A model generated the notes under the pieces. That model did not search any database. It was not told the origin of the DNA and saw only the letters and a program-made list of their open reading frames with translations. A stretch of DNA of 47,905 bases, taken from positions 1 to 47,905 of the forward strand of contig JAHBMJ010000472.1 of NCBI GenBank assembly GCA_018398765.1, given 5' to 3'. How positions within the stretch are numbered: the stretch's first letter is position 1; the number at the start of each line of letters is the position of its first letter. Shown piece after piece: positions 44,202 through 47,905 of the stretch. The DNA comes from Chromera velia (lineage: Eukaryota). The position numbers and the translations under genes are program-made.

Positions 44202-44562
44202 CCCCTGTCTAAAGAACATGACGGTGCCGGTCCCCACGTGCAGTTTTCTTTTCTTTTTCGTTTGTTGTTAATTTTGATTTTTTGTTCGTTTTTCCTGCCT
44301 TCTTTTCTTCTTTTCTCCTCTTTCTTGTCTTGAGTGGAAGCAGCAGAGGAGTAGCGTGTGAAACCAGTGATCACGTGAAAATCTGTCGGGAGGTGGAGAG
44401 GCAAGGGGCGCTTAACTCTCACCTTTCGGGCCCCCTGCCCACTTTGTCTGAGTTGTCGTGATGTTCTTTTGTCTTTGTTGCTTTCTTTCTTTTTGTCTAT
44501 TGTGTTCATGAAGCAAAAGAGGGAGAAGAAGAAGAAACATATAGTCTGTCTGTCTGTATCAC

Positions 44563-44614
<52 letters not shown>

Positions 44615-44681
44615 TGTGCTTACTTTGATACATGTAATTCTTGAATGCAGGAAGAGAAAGACGTCTACGTGGAGGAGGGAG

Positions 44682-44820
44682 ATGGCATCGTCTGCACGGT
44701 CTGCGCTGTTGGCTTCGGCTGCCGCGGCGGGAGGGACTGCAGCTGTCCCTGTAGTGCCCTCTGAGGGAGACGAACACCTTGATGACGAGCTGAAAGGCAG
44801 GTCTTCTTTCTTTCTTTCTT

Positions 44821-44856
<36 letters not shown>

Positions 44857-44932
44857 CCTTGCTTTCTTTCTGCTTTTCTTTATCTCTCTCTTTGTTCCTT
44901 GTTTTCTTTCTGTTTTTCTTTCTTTCTTGCGT

Positions 44933-44971
<39 letters not shown>

Positions 44972-45042
44972 CTCTCTCTTTCTTCCTTGCGTTCTTTCTG
45001 CTTTTCTTTATCTCTCTCTTTCTTCCTTGCTTTCTTTCTGTT

Positions 45043-45074
<32 letters not shown>

Positions 45075-47462
45075 TTTCTTCCTTTCTTCCTAGCTTTCTT
45101 TCTTTCTTCCTTTCTTCCTTTCTTCCTTTCTTCTTTTCTTCCTTTCTTCCTTTCTTCCTTTCTTCCTTTCTTCCTTCCTTCCTTGAAGTTTCTTCCTTTC
45201 TTCCTTCCTTCCTTCCTTCCTTCCTTCTTTCCTTCCTTCTTTTCTTCCTTCCTTCCTTTCTTCCTTCCTTTCTTCCTTTCTTGCTTTCTTTCTTTCTTTC
45301 TTCCTTTCTTTTTTTCTTTCTTTCTTTCTTCCTTCCTTCCTTTCTTCCTTCCTTCCTTCCTTCCTTCCTTCTTTTCTTCCTTTCTTCCTCTCTTCCTTTC
45401 TTTCTGTTTTCCTTTCTTTCTTTCAAATCCTGCTCACCTGGAAAGAGGAATATCCGCAGCTGTACAGGAGATCGATCATTGGGAGGAAGTCGCAAACCCG
45501 TGTTAGTGAGGAAACTTAAGCGAGAGAACGACAAGAAGGACAGAGAGAGGTCCTGGAGGAAGAGAGAAAAAGAGGGAGAGAGGGAGGAAGACCTAGAGGA
45601 AAACACACAGACACAGACACAGGCAAACACACACAGAGAGAGAGAGAGAGACAGAAGAAGAGGGAGGGAGGGAGCGAGAGGGAGAGGGAGAGGGAGAGCG
45701 AAAGATGATGAGGAATACGATGAGGGCTCGCGGAGAAGAGGAAGAGATTCAGGGGGAGGGAAGAGAGCGAAGGAAAGAGGGAGGGATTAAAGGAAATCGA
45801 AAGGAAGGGAGTAAGGGAGGAAGGAAGGGAGGACGGAACGATGGAAAGGAGGAAGAGAGGGAGGGACGAAGAGAGGGAGAAACAGAGTAGGACGAAAGAG
45901 AGACGGTTTCCTGGGACGGCTCAGCGGTAGGGGACCGGATAAGTAGACCTGGGTTGGAGATGGAAAGCCTTCATGAGACGCTGGACGGACAGACTGACAA
46001 CCTGAGTGACAACTTACAAAAAAAAGAAACTTGAAGAGACGATCGAGGGAGGGAACACAGGCTCCAAAAGAATTCGGTGGGTAAAGGGGGAGCAGTCGAG
46101 CGACGGGCGAGTGAGGAAATTAAGTGAGGATTTAGAAGACGGCGGGAGAGAGAAAAGTTGAACGGATGAAAGAAGTAGGCCCTGCATGGGATACATTGCG
46201 AAAGAAGACTCTAAATTAAGGGGGATGGGGTTCAGGGAAGCAGTTGCATTGGCGAGGGACGCTCTGTTATCGCCTGTATTCCTCTTTCCGACCAGACGTT
46301 TCGTTACTGCTTCGAAATTCTGGTTTCTGGTGTAAGTGCGCGTGTCTTGTCCGTGGCGGGAGCCACGTGTCACTTCCCGGAGGTGAACCTGCATGCCATC
46401 AATGTGTGTGCAGATTTCGCAACAGCCTCAGAGATTGCCGTCGGCGGCAGTGCCTCGGAGCCTTGCAACTTCGTTTGCGACGCCTTTATGATGGCCGACA
46501 CGCTGGGAGAATTGCAGAGCATCCTCAATGCGAATCCCCCAAAGGGCTTTGCTGAGCTGGGGCGTTACGCCCACGAGCTGATCGAGTTCGTGGTGTTTAA
46601 GGACCCGGAGGGGGCAGTGTTCCGGGTTTCTAGAGGACCCGCCGACAGAATCGCGTCGATGCACTCGTGTTCCCTGGCGAGTAAGGGCGCGATGCAAGCC
46701 AGAAATCTGATCAAAGTTCGAGAGGCAGTAGGCCTGAAGAATCTGGGTCTTCAGGTTCCCCCCGATCCTATCAGGCTGGGTGTGGCGTTGCAGCCACTCC
46801 CGCCACTAAGTGCGGCCGATGTCCAGTCTGGGGCTCTTGCTTCTTTGCAGTCTCCGTTTTCTTCCCGACACCAGATCTGGCGGCTCGTCGGAATTGTCAG
46901 CAACAGGACAGTGCTGACTGTCGAGCGAGCTGTCGAGGAACAGGGGGGGGAAGGGGTCGACGCTAGCGAAGTTGCGGAAGACCCCAACCCTCCCCTCGTC
47001 CGACTGACGGGATTGCCTCTACCCACCACGAATGAGACTTTGAGCTCTGAACTTGAACAGGTCAACATGCCCTTGAAAAGCATCGAGAGCCTCACTAAGG
47101 TCTGTTGGTTCATACATTCGTACATTGTCTGATTTATTCGGTGAATCACTCTTAGCTGGATTTCTGGTCTTTTCTTCAGATTGATGTTTTTGACAGTCAC
47201 AACTTGTGCCGCAGTTTGAGGCAGTTTCAGTTTGTTTGTTTTTTCCTCAATGAAGTATGTGTGACTCTTGAATTCTGCTCTTTTTGCGTTTTGTCGACTT
47301 TAATTCATCTTGCAAAATGCTTATGGGCTGCATGTGCAGGAAAAGAAGAAAAAGATGGCCTTGGTGCGGTTCATGTACCGGCAGCACGCCGAAGAAGCTG
47401 TCAGGAACTGGCTAAGCCTCTTCGGAGGGGAAGACGTGCGAGCAAATTGGGTGGACGGATGA
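44682..47462 (+). CDS. Hypothetical protein with C-terminal RRM domain (about 333 aa in the preferred model)
   Basis: The long ORF ending at donor AAG|GTCTGT (47099) splices in phase 0 to TGCAG|47340-47462. This builds LVRLTGLP (RNP2-like)...KKMALVRF (RNP1-like)...HAEEAVRN...VRANWV, an RRM pattern. The 5' exons are tentative: 44682-44796 (GC donor), 45460-45501, 46296-46331, 46414-47099. An alternative all-GT model is also in frame. Confidence 0.6.
44803..45423. repeat. (CTTT)n/(CCTT)n polypyrimidine microsatellite of about 620 bp
   Basis: Direct reading; lies in the inferred first intron of the RRM gene. Confidence 0.95.
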
Positions 47463-47905
47463 AGGATTTGAAGGAAAGATGGGGATTGACCGGAGTTGAG
47501 CGTACATGACTGACTATTGACTGACTAGTAAATTGTTATTCAAGCTAGTCTTCAAAGCTAGCTTCAAGGTAAAAAATAACTCAGGAACTAGGCGTGGCGG
47601 CTAGATTGATTCAAATAATTTTGATTGATTGATTAGATTTCCTGAAGAAAGAAATCAGTCGGATTCAGTCCATCTAATCTAAAAAATAAAAAAAATCTAC
47701 GCGCAAAAATCTGGCTAGACCTGCCTATATAGGCTATTATAGAACTGTTAAGGCCTACTTAGAGGGGTTGGCGCTAGTAAGTGCTTGCAGAGGTTCAAGG
47801 GTCTTCAGGGCTTGATGTCGCTGGAGCGATTCAGGTCGATCCTTAGTGACAGACTCGATCGATGTCAGGAGCATGGAGCTTTCTTGCGATTCAGTGATCA
47901 ATCTG

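Noticed and set aside
44651..44764. Cys-rich alternative frame (IVCTVCAVGFGCRGGRDCSCPCS*)
   Set aside because: It overlaps the preferred first exon of the RRM gene in another frame, and no supporting upstream exons were found.
44469..45790. ORFs of 345, 321 and 287 aa that look like membrane or coiled-coil proteins
   Set aside because: They are stop-free reads through a polypyrimidine microsatellite.

Overview
Eukaryotic, intron-dense, microsatellite-rich genomic DNA. The style (TGCAG acceptors, abundant TGCATGCA, simple-repeat-filled introns, long low-complexity protein insertions) suggests an alveolate protist such as a chromerid or apicomplexan relative; this is inference only. Most ORFs in the six-frame track are microsatellite artefacts. 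Manual splicing gives six genes. (1) An inosine/uridine-preferring nucleoside hydrolase, - strand, at least 12 exons, running off the left edge. (2) A low-complexity orphan, + strand, about 532 aa. (3) A 20-exon, about 2404-aa P5B-type (ATP13A-like) ATPase with very large insertions, - strand. (4) A RagC/D (Gtr2-like) GTPase, - strand, lacking the switch-II Gln; it is crossed by a 900-bp duplication that is probably an assembly artefact. (5) An intronless F-box-like/ankyrin-like gene, + strand. (6) A spliced gene with a C-terminal RRM, + strand. The most unusual signal is in the intergenic islands at about 16.4-17.5, 32.7-35.7 and 47.5-47.9 kb. They show TpA/CTAG enrichment with CpA/TpG loss, resembling repeat-induced point mutation (RIP). 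They contain a 253-bp MITE-like element (30-bp TIRs, target-site duplication), a solo copy of its TIR, a fold-back element and a decayed integrase-like fragment.
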